Source of the DNA: Octopus bimaculoides
Taxonomy: Eukaryota
Length of the DNA stretch: 64,000 nucleotides
NCBI RefSeq assembly: GCF_001194135.2
Contig: NC_068984.1
Coordinates: 126,448,455 to 126,512,454 of the forward strand
Reading direction: 5' to 3'
The notes beneath the pieces were generated by a model. The model had not been told where the DNA came from, made no database searches, and saw only the letters and a list, made by a program, of their open reading frames with translations. Positions 26,431-39,430 of this stretch are shown one piece after another (the first letter of the stretch is position 1; every line of letters begins with the position of its first letter). The position numbers and the translations under genes are program-made.

Positions 26431-26688
26431 GTATGTATGCATGTGTATGTGCATGTATGTAAACATATTTAAATATATGTGTATAGAAATGTGTATGGTT
26501 GTATATATATTTATAAATCTAATCATATGTATATATGTGTCTATAAAATACCTATAAATACACAAACTTNNNNNNNNNNATATATATATATATATATATA
26601 ATGCTTATCTATCTGTCTGTCTGTCTGCCAGTCTCTGTGTGAGTGCGTATGTATGTGTGTATGTATATTTCAAGTGATGCATACGCAC

Positions 26689-26734
<46 letters not shown>

Positions 26735-28273
26735 ACTCTCTTATATATATATATGTGGGTGTGTATATTTTAAGTAGTGCCTGTATTGTTGATATATTAT
26801 GGCTTGCCGTTCTCAACTATGGCAGCAGTAATGGCGCCAGAATAATCAATAATGTTCCAATAATGGTAGGTTAAGGCAGAAATAACATAGGAACCGAGCA
26901 GAAGAAAATCAGGGAGGGCGGAGGGTGGAACACAATCCAAAAAATAAATAAATAAATAAACATGTAAAAAAAAAGAACAAAAACAAAAACAAAACCACTG
27001 CCGATAAAACAAGCTACATAAGTTGAAATCTTTGAGGAGCTGATGGAAAGAATCTGGGAAGTAAAAGACAGAAAGAAAGAGTAGGAATGAAATATGGCAG
27101 GGATGTTGTGAGGTGGTGGTGATGGTGGTGGTGGTGGTGAGATGTGGTGGCAGTGGAAGAATGTTTCCTTTTGCAACATCTTGAATAATTCCAAGACAGG
27201 TTGGAATGCATGGAAACTTGTTGAGCTCGACTTGTTTGAATGAAGATCTGGGAGAAAGCAATTTTGCTACCGATTGTTTGCTGAACGAAGAAGAATCTGT
27301 GTGACAAGAATATTGGTTTTGTTTTTGTTCTTCATTCTTCTGACATATTTTCCTCCTTCAGGCGGTGATAATGGTCCTCCACAGTTGCTAGAGATGTTCC
27401 ATGTTCTGTGATGATGAAAACTGTGGTGGAGATGGTGGTGGAGGTGGTAGAGATAGTGAATATGTCTTCTCTTTAATATTTACTCGGCAATACAGACATA
27501 CAATGTCATTTCCAGGGATTCATTGAAACATAGTGTTGACTTAATTAGTTTTCATTCAGTTCTTTTAATCCATTTTTCTTTCATGTTTTTTTTTTTTGAA
27601 GTATTATTTTTGCCAATGTTTCATACTTTTCCCATTCTCATTCTGTACTCCTTTACACTTCCATTTTTTCACAGCTTTACACCTAAACAGCTTCAAATTT
27701 TGGTAGTTTATCCCTTCATAACTTCTTTCTATAACATCTCTACTGTTTCCCAAAACTTACCCTTCACAACTTTCTTCCTTCTCTCAACTTGGCTCCCCCT
27801 CTTCACATTTTCACTCCTTCACATCTTTTACTTGTTTCAGTCATTAGACTATGGCCATGCTGGGGCACCACCTTGAAGGACTTTTAGTTGAATGAATTGA
27901 TCCCAGTACTTATTTTTAAAAATCTTGATACTTATTCTGTTAGTCTCTTTTACCAAACCACTAAGTTACAGGGATGTAACCATACAAACACTGATTGTCA
28001 AGCAGTGGTGGGAGGGGACACGGACACACACACTCACACACACACACGACAGAGATCTATACCTTCCACCCTCACCTTGTACAAATGTTAAAATTTTTTA
28101 TATTAGGTGCAGGTGTGGCTCTTCGGTGAGCAGTTTGCTTCCCAACCACATGGTTCTGGGCTCAGTCTCACAGCATGTCACCTTGGGTAAGTGTTTTCTA
28201 CTATTGCCTCAGGCTGACCACAGCCTTGTGAGTGAATTTGGCACATGAAAACTGAAAGAAACCTGTCATGTAC

Positions 28274-28308
<35 letters not shown>

Positions 28309-28399
28309 AAAGACTTTTTCATTTTCCCTGAGCATCAAACTAATACACCTGCCTGTTGTTCATACACTTGTCTTCGTCTTTTCTTTTTCTATAAATTTC

Positions 28400-28402
<3 letters not shown>
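28309..28402 (+). mobile_element. 5'-truncated copy of the Penelope-like terminal sequence, between (TA)n tracts
   Basis: Aligns with 31777-31870 (AAAGACTT...AAACTAATACA...TGTCTTCGTCT...TAAATT). Confidence 0.65.
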
Positions 28403-28453
<51 letters not shown>

Positions 28454-30302
28454 AGAAGAAAAAAGGATTAAAAAAGGTAGATATCAATAAAGCACTTGGG
28501 GTTAAACAAATTTGGTTAACTATATTCAACAATCAGTAAATGTAAGTAGAATACAACATCCGAGGTAATTCTTCATGTAAGACAGGTAGATCCAAATATT
28601 GTTTAGAAAAATTTCAAGAAATTCAGAGTATTAAGCAACAAAAATATGTATAGAGAAAATCACTTAGTTGAATGAATTGACCCTAGTACTTATTTTTTTT
28701 TAAGCCTGGTACTTATTCTATCAGTCTCTTTTTGCCAAGCTGCTAAGTTACATGTAAACACACCAGCACCAGTTGTCAAGCAGTAGTAGGGGGGAGGGGC
28801 AAACACACACACACACACACATGATGGACTTCTTTCAGTTTCCGTTTACTAAATTTATTTACAAGGCTTTGATTGGCCCAAGGCTATAGTAGAAAACATT
28901 TGCCTAAGGTTCCACACTGTGGGACCAAACCCGGAACCATGTGGTTGGGAAGCTTGCTTCTTATCACACAGCCTCATCCTGCACGCCATAATTACATCTT
29001 TAATATTTTATGTTTCTTCTGTATTGTCCCACAACTGAATACATGCCAATACTACTAATGGTAAGTTTTGTATTTGAATATCAAACTTAGCAAATTATAC
29101 AGAATACTTCCACAGCAATATGATTTTATGAGAACAATGAATAATGAAGTATAAATGCTAATTTCACTATTACCTTTCCTCCAATACACAAGAGAGCTAG
29201 AGTCAGCACCAATGCACACAACCACATTCATCTACATTTCACATTACCTTCACCTTTCACGAAACCCTCCAGTGGTTCACTCCATCCAATTGTCTAATCA
29301 GAATACCAAACCACTGTTGTTGTATAGTATACTATAAATTCATCTGTATTATGTATTATATAATGAAAACTGAATAAAATATGACTGTATAATTATAATA
29401 AAGAAAGAAACAAATTTTTATTGATAAAATGTGGACAAAGGATAGCTAATAATAAATGTCTCTGTTCGTAGATATTGAACGTATGAAAAAAACAAACTGG
29501 GAATTAAAAAGTAACTATATGCCATACCCCTGCATATACCATGTTCTTATTTTCATTACTGATCACAATGGAAAACAGTGAAAAACATTTGCACAACTCT
29601 TACGGTTCTAATGCTCAATATTTCCTACTGAAACTTGTGGTAATGTTTGGGAAACTGAATTGATAATTAAGTTATTTTAAAATATTATAAACGTATTATA
29701 AACATTTCTAGGCTGTGTGGTTAAGGAACTCATTTTGCAATGACGTAGTTATAGGTTCAACCCCACTTTGTGGCAACTTTGTCAAGTGTCTTCTACTGTA
29801 GCACCAGGCCAACTAATGCCTTGTGAATGAATTTGGGATACAAAAACCATGTGGAAACGTATTGTAGTGCAGCTCTTGGCCTTGCCAGCTCTTGTTGAAC
29901 CATCCAACCCATGCCAGCATGGAAAATAGACATTAGATAATGATGGTGGTAAGTGTGGAAATGAAATTTGCTTAGGGGATGCAAACCCAGTTTTTCAGGA
30001 GGGTATTCAAGTGTTTCTCTGCATCCCCTATTCCCAAGCTTATATGTGTGTGTGTGTGTGTGTGTATGTGTGTGTGTGTANNNNNNNNNNGTGTGTGTGT
30101 GTATGTGTGTGTGTGTATAAAATAACAAAAGTGGCTAGACACAATATAAAACCAAAAAGGAAAATTCATTTGTCACTAATAGTGACTGAGGGTGCAGTGT
30201 AGCTCTTACATTGCTAGAAACAAAGGTCAAAGACCCTTATAGCCACTGAAAGCACATTGTCTATATATTGATAGGAGAGATAACTGCCCCACAGCAAGCG
30301 AG

Positions 30303-30342
<40 letters not shown>

Positions 30343-30629
30343 CTGTGGATGTGTAGTATAAAGTTTGCTTCCAAACCATGTGGTTCCAAGTTCAGACCCT
30401 CTGTATGGCACTTGGGCAAATGTCTTCTAGATGAGTGTCACTTCCATACATGTGGTATCATTCATTTCCAATTTTCTGTAAAAACTGTTCCAATCAGGGG
30501 ACAGTATTACCTTACTTGGAAATAGATGAAGGTTGGCAACAGGAAGGGCATCCAGCTGTAGAAAATCTGTCACAACTTCTGACCAGCCCATGCAAGCTTG
30601 GAAAAGTAAATGTTAAAGCAATGAAGATG

Positions 30630-30661
<32 letters not shown>

Positions 30662-31355
30662 CACGTGCGCGTGTGTGTGCGTTTGTCCACCCCTACTACT
30701 TGACAATTGATGTTTATTTGTTTATATCCCCATGACTTAGCAGTTTAGCAAAAGAGGTCAATAGCATAGGTACCAGACTTAAAAACAAGTGCCTGGTCTA
30801 TGTGTTCCACATAAACTCCCCAAGGTTGCCCCAGCATGGCCACACACAGATATACACGCGTTTATGAATTTGTGCTGCAAGATTCCTGATGAGAAGCCAT
30901 GTGTTGAAACAGATATTGTTGTATTTCAGGATGATAGTTTTTTTGTTTTTTTTTGCGGTGCTCCAGCAAATGACTGAAATAAGTAAAAAGAAAAAGAAAG
31001 ATATGCACTATATTCATTCTTCACTCATTTATTACTGTTCTTATTCTAACTTATGTCCATTGTCTGGTCTGGAAATCTTTTGTCACACATCTGTGACTTC
31101 CTCAGTGACACTTTCTGTCTTCCTGTGTGCTCATATAAATATAAGATCCAAGGATTGATGTGTTGAAAGAAAGTTAGCTTCAAGCAATCTGTAATAAATA
31201 CAAAAAAACATCTTTCAGGGACGATAGTGGTTTATTGAGACAGAAGGTTGTGGATTTTTCCATATTGATGTACAATAAACTGAAAAAAGTTCTTTTAATA
31301 TTTCACAGCAGGCAACCAAGATTGCCGAGCATGCAGATAAGAATACAAAAGTTAA

Positions 31356-31622
31356 GGAAATGAGTAGTTAAGATCTAGGCTACATATGTTTCATACTGAG
31401 TAGAACATTGGAAGTGGTAAATATCCAAGTGAGGTGTATACCACAGACTATTCATCAGGCCAAGGGTATTTTGATTAAATGGTGTAAATGTCATTCCATT
31501 TAATCAAGATACTCTTGGCCTGATGAGTCACCTGCAGTATATACTTTGCTTGGATATTCACTACTTCAGAGGTTCTGCATGCTATGAAACATATGTAGAC
31601 TGGACCTTATCTACTCCATTCC
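31356..31622. mobile_element. Foldback MITE with TTAA flanks and GG...CC termini (Kolobok-like)
   Basis: About 130-bp arms pair through to a 13-nt loop (TGTAAATGTCATT); TTAA at 31352-31355 and 31623-31626. Confidence 0.85.
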
Positions 31623-31647
31623 TTAACTCTCCTGTGTAATCCTTCTG

Positions 31648-31868
31648 TCCGTCATTCGCCATGATAGATCGCTGACCACTACATTTATATTTTTTTTCTC
31701 CTTTTTTTTTTCTCCTTGTTTCTCTCCTTATTTCTTTCTGTGTTCCTTTCAGTTGAAGAGCGTAGCTCGAAACGTCAAAGACTTACTCTATTCCTGCGTG
31801 TTAAACTAATACATCCATTTGTTGTTTACACCACCTGTCTTCGTCTGTTGTTTTTTTCGTAAATTCTC

Positions 31869-31870
<2 letters not shown>
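31648..31870 (+). mobile_element. Probable Penelope-like element terminal remnant
   Basis: Contains TGAAGAG..CTCGAAACGTC, the pattern typical of Penelope-like terminal repeats; ends in (TA)n; second copy at 28309. Confidence 0.6.
31746..31780 (+). ncRNA. Minimal type I hammerhead-ribozyme-like motif with a degenerate core
   Basis: Helix I CTTT/AAAG; core CAGTTGA (canonical CUGANGA) plus A; helix II GAGC-GTA-GCTC; GAAA; palindromic ACGT; GUC cleavage triplet. Confidence 0.5.
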
Positions 31871-31922
<52 letters not shown>

Positions 31923-33382
31923 GATGGGCTTCTCTCAGTTTCTGTCTACCAAATCCACTCACAAGGCTTTGGTCAACCCAAGGCTATAGTGGAAGAGACT
32001 TGCATAAGGTGCCGCACAGTGGGACTGAAGCCGGAACCATGTGGTTGGGAAGCAAGCTCTTAACACACAGCTACACAAAGAATTTTTTTTTTTAATAATC
32101 TACTGGCCTTCTCACATTGAAAGCTTTGCTCACAGGATCTTTGCCTATCAGAGAATGTGAACAAAGTCACTGTTTTTCACTCAGGCAGTGTAAATGAAGA
32201 CATATATGAAACTTCGTTCTCACACAAAAACACACCATTCATTCATCCATTTAGACACACATCAATATATATATACATATATATATATATATATGTTGTT
32301 TTATGTTATCTTGCATGACATTATCCGGTGTAAATGTCACTCATTTAAAAACATTAGATTGAGATTCAAAGTGCAATGTGGTTGCTACTTCTATATTTCC
32401 TGCAAATTGTGTGGCCAAATGCATGGTCCTTCACCTGGGTAGTTAGTAGTGATGATAATCTGATAACGAATAGCATGTTACAGGGCGTTTGGAAGTGAGT
32501 GAAGGAGGAGGTGGTGGCGGTGGGGAGGAGTCTTAAGACAGAAAGGGATGAAAGTGTCATTTATAATACAGAAGAAACAGGTGAAGAGTATTATGATAGG
32601 AAAACATGATGATTATAACAATGCATGTTGGAGGAGATAAAGCTGATGATGAAGTTGATGATATTGATAATAGCAATGATGATGACGCTGGTAATGGGGG
32701 GTAATGACATCATTAAATATATCAACGACAGGGTAATGCAAACAATATTGATGACAATCAGGTATATCAGTGCTTCTGATGTTAATGCATACACTTCCAT
32801 CCCTCCTCCCACCGCCTCCACCACCACCACCACCACCACCACCACCACGTCATTTACCAGCCTCAAGTGTCACTTGCTCTCTGCAGCCTGATGTAATAAC
32901 TGCAATGTCTTAAGAACAAACTGCATTCATTGCTCATTAGACAATTGATGCAATTCTTCTTTTGCCAATGCATTCTACTTCAGCTACATTGCTCTGGCAA
33001 TAATTGCATGTTCTGTTGCATCACTTACATGCACACAACCTCACACACACACACATGACTACATACACCTATAAATTTTATNNNNNNNNNNNNNNNNNNN
33101 NNNNNNNNNNNNNNNNNNNNNNNNNNNNNNNNNNNNNNNNNNNNNNNNNNNNNNNNNNNNNNNNNNNNNNNNNNNNNNNNNATATATATATATATATACA
33201 CATCCACACACTTACATGAATACATTTTTGGGAGAATATGTATTGGAGCGTAATGAAATTTATTGAGTTCTAAACAAATGGTTACATGTAGTTCCTCGTA
33301 AATACATGCACAAAAGAATAACCCTCCCCACATTCACACACATGCATATTTGTATGTATGTATATGTGTGCATATCTATCTA

Positions 33383-33424
<42 letters not shown>

Positions 33425-33539
33425 ATATATATATATATATGTAACCTTACATATCAATATATGCACACACAGATATACATGTAATGGAATCTTAGACTAT
33501 CCAAGAAGGTAAGTTAAATATGTAATAGATTCACTGGAG

Positions 33540-33991
33540 CAGTACATATTAGGAGCATACAGGAAATAGTTTCTCTCAAATGCCCAGGTGGCTCACTAGA
33601 AGTAGTTGATAGCTTTTGTTACCTAGAAGATGCAATTAGCAAGGGAGGTGGTTGTTCTGAAAGTATGTGTAGTAGCTAAAGTAAGAAAGGGTTAGAGAAA
33701 GTTCAGAGAGCTATTACTACTGCTCATGACAAAGGTCTTTTCCCTTAGAATGAAGGGCAGATTGGATGTCACTTGTGTTAGAACTGCAATAGTGAGACAT
33801 GGGCCTTGAATGCAGAGGACTTAAGAAGAGTGAAAAGAAATGAAGCAAACATGGTCTGTTGGATGTGCGATGTAAGTCTGCATGAAAGACATAGTACAGT
33901 GGTGCTGAGTGAAAAACTTGGTATAAGAGGAATCAGATTTGGTGTGCAAGAAAGAAGACTGTGCTGGTATGGGCATGTGCTATGTATGGAT
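33540..33991 (+). mobile_element. RTE-clade LINE fragment
   Basis: Peptides LEVVDSFCYL and LNAEDLRRVKRNEANMVCWMC...GVQERRLCWYGHVLCMD. Confidence 0.9.
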
Positions 33992-34900
33992 GTGGCTTCT
34001 ACAGAGCCAGATCCACTAGAGACCTATTCTCTTATGTCATGCATCAGTGGGTTTGGTTCACTCTTTAGAGAAGTTTGAAACCAATGCTATTGCCCAATGC
34101 ATCAACAAAGCATCTGATTGACTCTGGTATGCAAATAAATCTATCAAAACTTCTCATTTTTAGGTTTTACTCATCTCTTATCTTTTGGATCAGTAGCTTC
34201 CTACTTGATTACATCATCATGACATGCATTTATGGAGGTCTTTCCCCACCATTTTTGATCAGTTGTGTTATCCCCTAGAGTTTATTTCCTTCTTCCTTCT
34301 ATACATCAATGGCATTCTTGCAGCCACAGCCAAAAGTACACATTCATACTCAAATGAAACAACCCTTTATTCCTCCCTAATTTTCTCCAAACAATGCATT
34401 ATTCACTTGCAGACTAGACACCATATACCAAGCCTACATTGATTCCATAAACAAAGACCTTGACAGCGTCCTCCAGAGGGTCCAAGCCAACCTTGTTTTT
34501 TTACAACAGCCAAAAAAACTCAAGCACTACTTATATAATGAAAACACCAACACACCACATCAATCATTTAGAGCCTTCATAGTCACTTCAACTGGTGGGC
34601 TTCCTTATTATCAAGAATCTATCCTGATGAAAGTTCATCCTTAGTATAGCTAAGACTAAGTCCTAAAGACAGGCCCTTCTCTTCAGTGCAAGAAAATATT
34701 TCAGTCTTTAACAGATGCTGACATTCTACATGGTTCAAATGGGACCCATGATGTAGTATTGCTCCTACATCTGGGGCAGTGCTGCTGCTATGCACACAGA
34801 TATCCTGAATCACATCTGGAGAAGGACCACTATACTGACTGGCATTTAATCACTAAGGGAAACAATCTATGTTCTTACCCACAGGCTTGTGTTCCTCTCT
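33992..34900 (+). mobile_element. CR1/L2-like LINE RT and post-RT fragment
   Basis: Decayed peptides GFYRARSTRDLFSYVMHQW, LIFWISSFL, FLLYING..THSYSNETTL (YADD position) and YCSYIWGSA. Confidence 0.8.
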
Positions 34901-35388
34901 GCAATATTCTGGCATAGATTTTAACCATGATTGGCTAAACTAAACTAAAAGCTAAAAAAACAAAAAATAATAAGTCTTTATTTGATGTCTAAAATGAACT
35001 AAACAACTAAAAAATGCATATATAAAATATAAATATATATTATATATAAATGCACATATAAGTAATATAATTATATATTGTGCATGTACATATATGACTG
35101 TGTGTGTTTTTGTTGTGTGTGTATGTTTTCATGCTTGAGTGTATGTATGTATATGAAATAAAACCACTGACTGTACCATCTAATATATCGAAGAAATTAT
35201 TAGTGTCTTGTATGCAGAAGACCCCTATTGCTGTCTGCAAGCCAAGTTATAAAAGCAAAAATATGTATGATAAAAATTTGCATATAATGAAATTCATAAA
35301 ATATCGTATCTTAATTTACAAATGTTACTAACCTGTCTTTTGTTTTAGACCATCTTTAGTTTCCTCAGACACCAGTTATTACCTTATG

Positions 35389-35435
<47 letters not shown>

Positions 35436-35739
35436 ACACACACTATATATGATATATATATATATATATAAAGTACACACACATATAATTCTTTAACCTA
35501 TGTTCAGTCTATTTTTGTCCTGAACATACTAGACCATCACTACAATTTCAGTCAGTATTTTATTAAAACTGTTTATATACAAGCATAGGCATGGCTGTGA
35601 TGTCAAAAAGCTCACTTTATAATGAAATGGGTTCAGGTTCAGTCCCACTGTGCATCATCTTGAGCACATGCCTTTTACTCTAGCCTCAGGCTGATCAAAT
35701 GTCTTGTGAGTTTGATTGATAGAAACTGCATGGAAGCCC

Positions 35740-35773
<34 letters not shown>

Positions 35774-37134
35774 TCTAAGTTTTACCACTACTCTGCTGTG
35801 CAACCAGTGTTTGTTTGTTTACATCTAAAAAAAGAAAAAGTACCAAGATTGATTTGTTTAATTAAAACCCTTCAGAGTAGTGCCCCAGCATGGCCACAGT
35901 CCAGTGGCTGAAACAAGTAAAAGACAGAATGTGGACAATATTCTTGTCATGATTAAGACCATATGGTTTTTGGTTTACTCCTATTGCACAGCACTTTGGG
36001 CATATGTCTTCTACTATAGGTTTGGACTAACTAAAGATTTGTGAGTGGATCTGATTGTCAGAAACTGAAAGGAGCCCATATCTAACCTGGCCTTGACTTT
36101 GTGTGTTAGTTGTAAACAAATGTCACCATCATGCCAGCAGTGTAATTTATTTGCGAGTCTTTTGTGAAAACATGTCTGTTCATTGTGCTTGATAAGTCTG
36201 GAGGACTATGGGAAATATCAATTTGTTTTCAAACGGGTAAGGGTTGGAAACAAGAAGAACATCCAGTCAGAATATCTGCTACAAGAAGTTTTGTCTGACT
36301 CATGAAAGCATAGAAAAGTGGATATTGAAACAATGATGATGATGATTTTGATGATATGTATATTTATCTGTTTTAGTAGAGACCATGAATGTGTATGTAT
36401 TGAATGTGATATATGTAATATTATATTATATTCTCTTGTGAAATACATTGAGTTCTCTCATGTATATACCCATTTTCAATGTATACATACACATTAATTG
36501 TAAGTTAGCATAATATTAATCATTCATTTATTCATAGCACCATTCTAAGATTATATAGGATTTTCCATAATGTCAACAATATCAGAATTTATGCCTTTAA
36601 AACATATTGTGATTTTCATTGTATCGAATATTCTTCGAGTTGGAAAATATTTTAGAAATTCTAAATTGCGAATGATTTTGTTGTCCAGCTTCAATTATCG
36701 ATTTTTGCCTGCTAAAGAATCCATAAGGATAAAATTAAATTGGTTCAGAATATTTATATTTCTTGTTATAATGAATTAATACCATTATCATCATTGTTGT
36801 TATTATTTTAATATCTTGTATGAGTCAGATGAAACTCCTTGAAACAGATCTTCTATGGCTAGATGCTCTTCCTGTCGCCAACCTGTACATGTTTCCAAGC
36901 AAGGTAATATTTCTCCTAGTTGTTTGAATGCAGCACAATGGCCAGACATGCTTCTATGAAAGATTGTAAATGACATTGCTTGTAAGAAGGTGATGCTTGC
37001 ATGCTGCTAACATGTTACACCAAGACAAAGAGACACAAACACACACACACACATACACACGCACACACACAGATACACACACACATGCCTGACAAGTGCA
37101 CACTACACATCTGTACTCTAGGTGTAACACCCTG

Positions 37135-37272
37135 GAACTGATCTGACCTACCAGAGCAAAACTTTTTCACACATGTGCATGAAGGCTGGCATTACTTCCT
37201 GCCCAAAGGATTTTGCCCACACAGCATTAGTTTTGGTGGGAAAAAATTGAATACTTTTTGAATGCACCTCAT
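37135..37272 (-). mobile_element. Mariner-type terminal fragment
   Basis: Minus strand begins TATGAGGTGCATTCAAAAAGTATT, a mariner-style TIR after TA. Confidence 0.55.
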
Positions 37273-38079
37273 ACATACATACATACATACATATAAACAA
37301 ACAAACACACACACATATACAGAGACATATGTGTTGGAGTTTCAGTTTCTGTCTACCAATTTCACTCACAAGGCTTTGTTACACCCCAGGCTACAGTAGA
37401 AAACACTTGCCTAAGGTACCACTTATTGGGACTGAATCCAAACTATTGCATGTGAACTTCTTCACCACACAGCTATGCCTGCACCTTACACACACACATA
37501 CATGTAAACACATGTTTACATACACATGAAAACACATGCACATACACATAAATGCATGCACACACATACACATACAACAGCTGGAGACATAGCTATGTAG
37601 TTGTGAAGCTTGCTTCTTGACCATGTGGTTCTGGGTTTGGTCCCATTGCATGGCATCTTGGCTAAGCATCTTAATCTCAGGCCACTCAATGACTTCTGGG
37701 TGGAATTGGTAGACTGAAACTCTACAGGAACCCATCATATAAATACACATACACAACACACATATCATCATCATCAATGGTGTTTTTTACATGCCACCTG
37801 CACAGGAGCCAGTCCAGCGGCACTGGCATACGTACATACATGTGTGTGTGAATGTCAATCATTAACATCATCTGAGTTAGAAAGAAAAACAAAAATCAGT
37901 GACTGCTTACTTTCTCCAGTAAACATTCCATGTAGTCCAGTGGATATGATAGAATCAGTGGAATGAAAAATACTGTACTTCCAAAACAAATAGGGCTTGA
38001 CTAGAAAAAGTATATGGCCATAGAAAAACTGTGTTAATAAGTTCTGTCTAGCCCATACCAGCTTGGAAGAAAATGGATG

Positions 38080-38420
38080 TGAAAGTGATGATGATGATGA
38101 TGATGATGATAGCAGTGGGGTTGGGTTAAAAAAGATGACAAAACTAGTTGCTGAAGAAAAGGTAAGAAGATGAAGAGAAGAGGAAGTCATGGAAAAAGAT
38201 GAGACAAGAGGAAATTCCAAAACAACTGGTGGTGCAAGAAATGACTTAGAGATGAAACAGAGAGAAGTAGATGGTAGGGAAGAGAGAAGATGAAGAAGAA
38301 ATGAGAAAGATGAAGAAAAAGAGAACAGGAAAATGATGAAGAAGAGATATAACAAGGTGAAGATGAGAAATGAAGTTGAAGAAGAAAGAATTAGGTGGTG
38401 GTGGTAAAGAATGAGTTTGG
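38080..38420. repeat. Purine-rich (GAA/GAT) low-complexity tract
   Basis: Direct reading. Confidence 0.85.
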
Positions 38421-39029
38421 TGAAGATAAACAAAAAAGAAAGACAATATTTCTCAGCTGTGTGTGTCCAATTCAATTTATTTGGCGTTAAACAGCAATTT
38501 TCAGTGAAATTAATGACCTACTCTCCTTTAGGCGACTTACCAAACATTGCCATTCTCTTAATCTCTTCATCTATGTTCCTTCATTATCCACTGCTTCCTG
38601 ATTTAAGTCAAAGCTGTAGTTCTCTCTGTTCTTCTCGTCTTTTTATGAGTGTTATCTGTGATTCTAGTTTTGTTATGTATTTACTAATGTTCTACCTCTG
38701 TGTAATAAGCTGCAAAGCTGTTTTCATTGATCTAATATTAACACAGCCATGTCAATGCTGTTTTAGCTAACTTGTTTCTCTGTACACACACACACATACA
38801 CACACATCTATATGTATCTAGGTGTGTCCATCATGTACATATATGTGTAATGTGTGTACAAATGTGTATCTGTGTATAACTGTTCCTGTTTGTATTCTGT
38901 CTGCTTATATCTGTAACTTTGTCTGCATTTGTGTCCAAGAGTGTTGTATATGTCTTATATACATGATAGAATAGATACAGTAAGTCAGTGGAGGAATGAT
39001 AAGTAACAAAGAGGTTTATGTTTCATATT

Positions 39030-39430
39030 TTGGCATTGTATTATTCCCAAGGCCAACAACACCTAACTGTCATCAGTGCTGCTATATGGTACGGCTCTTT
39101 GTACTGTGTTTATTATAACCAAGACACTTAACTGTCAATGGTCCAATTCAAGTTGTAAGCAGGTATCACATTATAGTATATTTCACTGTGTTGTATTGTA
39201 TCCCAAATACGTAACTGTTGTAAGGAGGAACCACATTGTGGTATAGTCCACTGTACTGTATCCAAGGCCAAGAAACTTAATCGTTAATAGTCCAGTTCAC
39301 CTAGTTGTAAGTATATTGTTCTACAGTGTAATACAGGCCATTCTACTCTGTCCATGGCCAAATCATTTAACTTTTAGCAACTTAGTCTACTTCGCTGTAA
39401 GTAGGTACCATAATATGATATAGATTCACT
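39030..39430. repeat. Degenerate tandem repeat, unit of roughly 70-100 bp
   Basis: Recurrent CCAAGGCCAAGA(C/A)ACTTAACTGT, GTTGTAAG(T/C)AGGTACCACATT and ACTGT motifs, about 4 copies. Confidence 0.55.
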
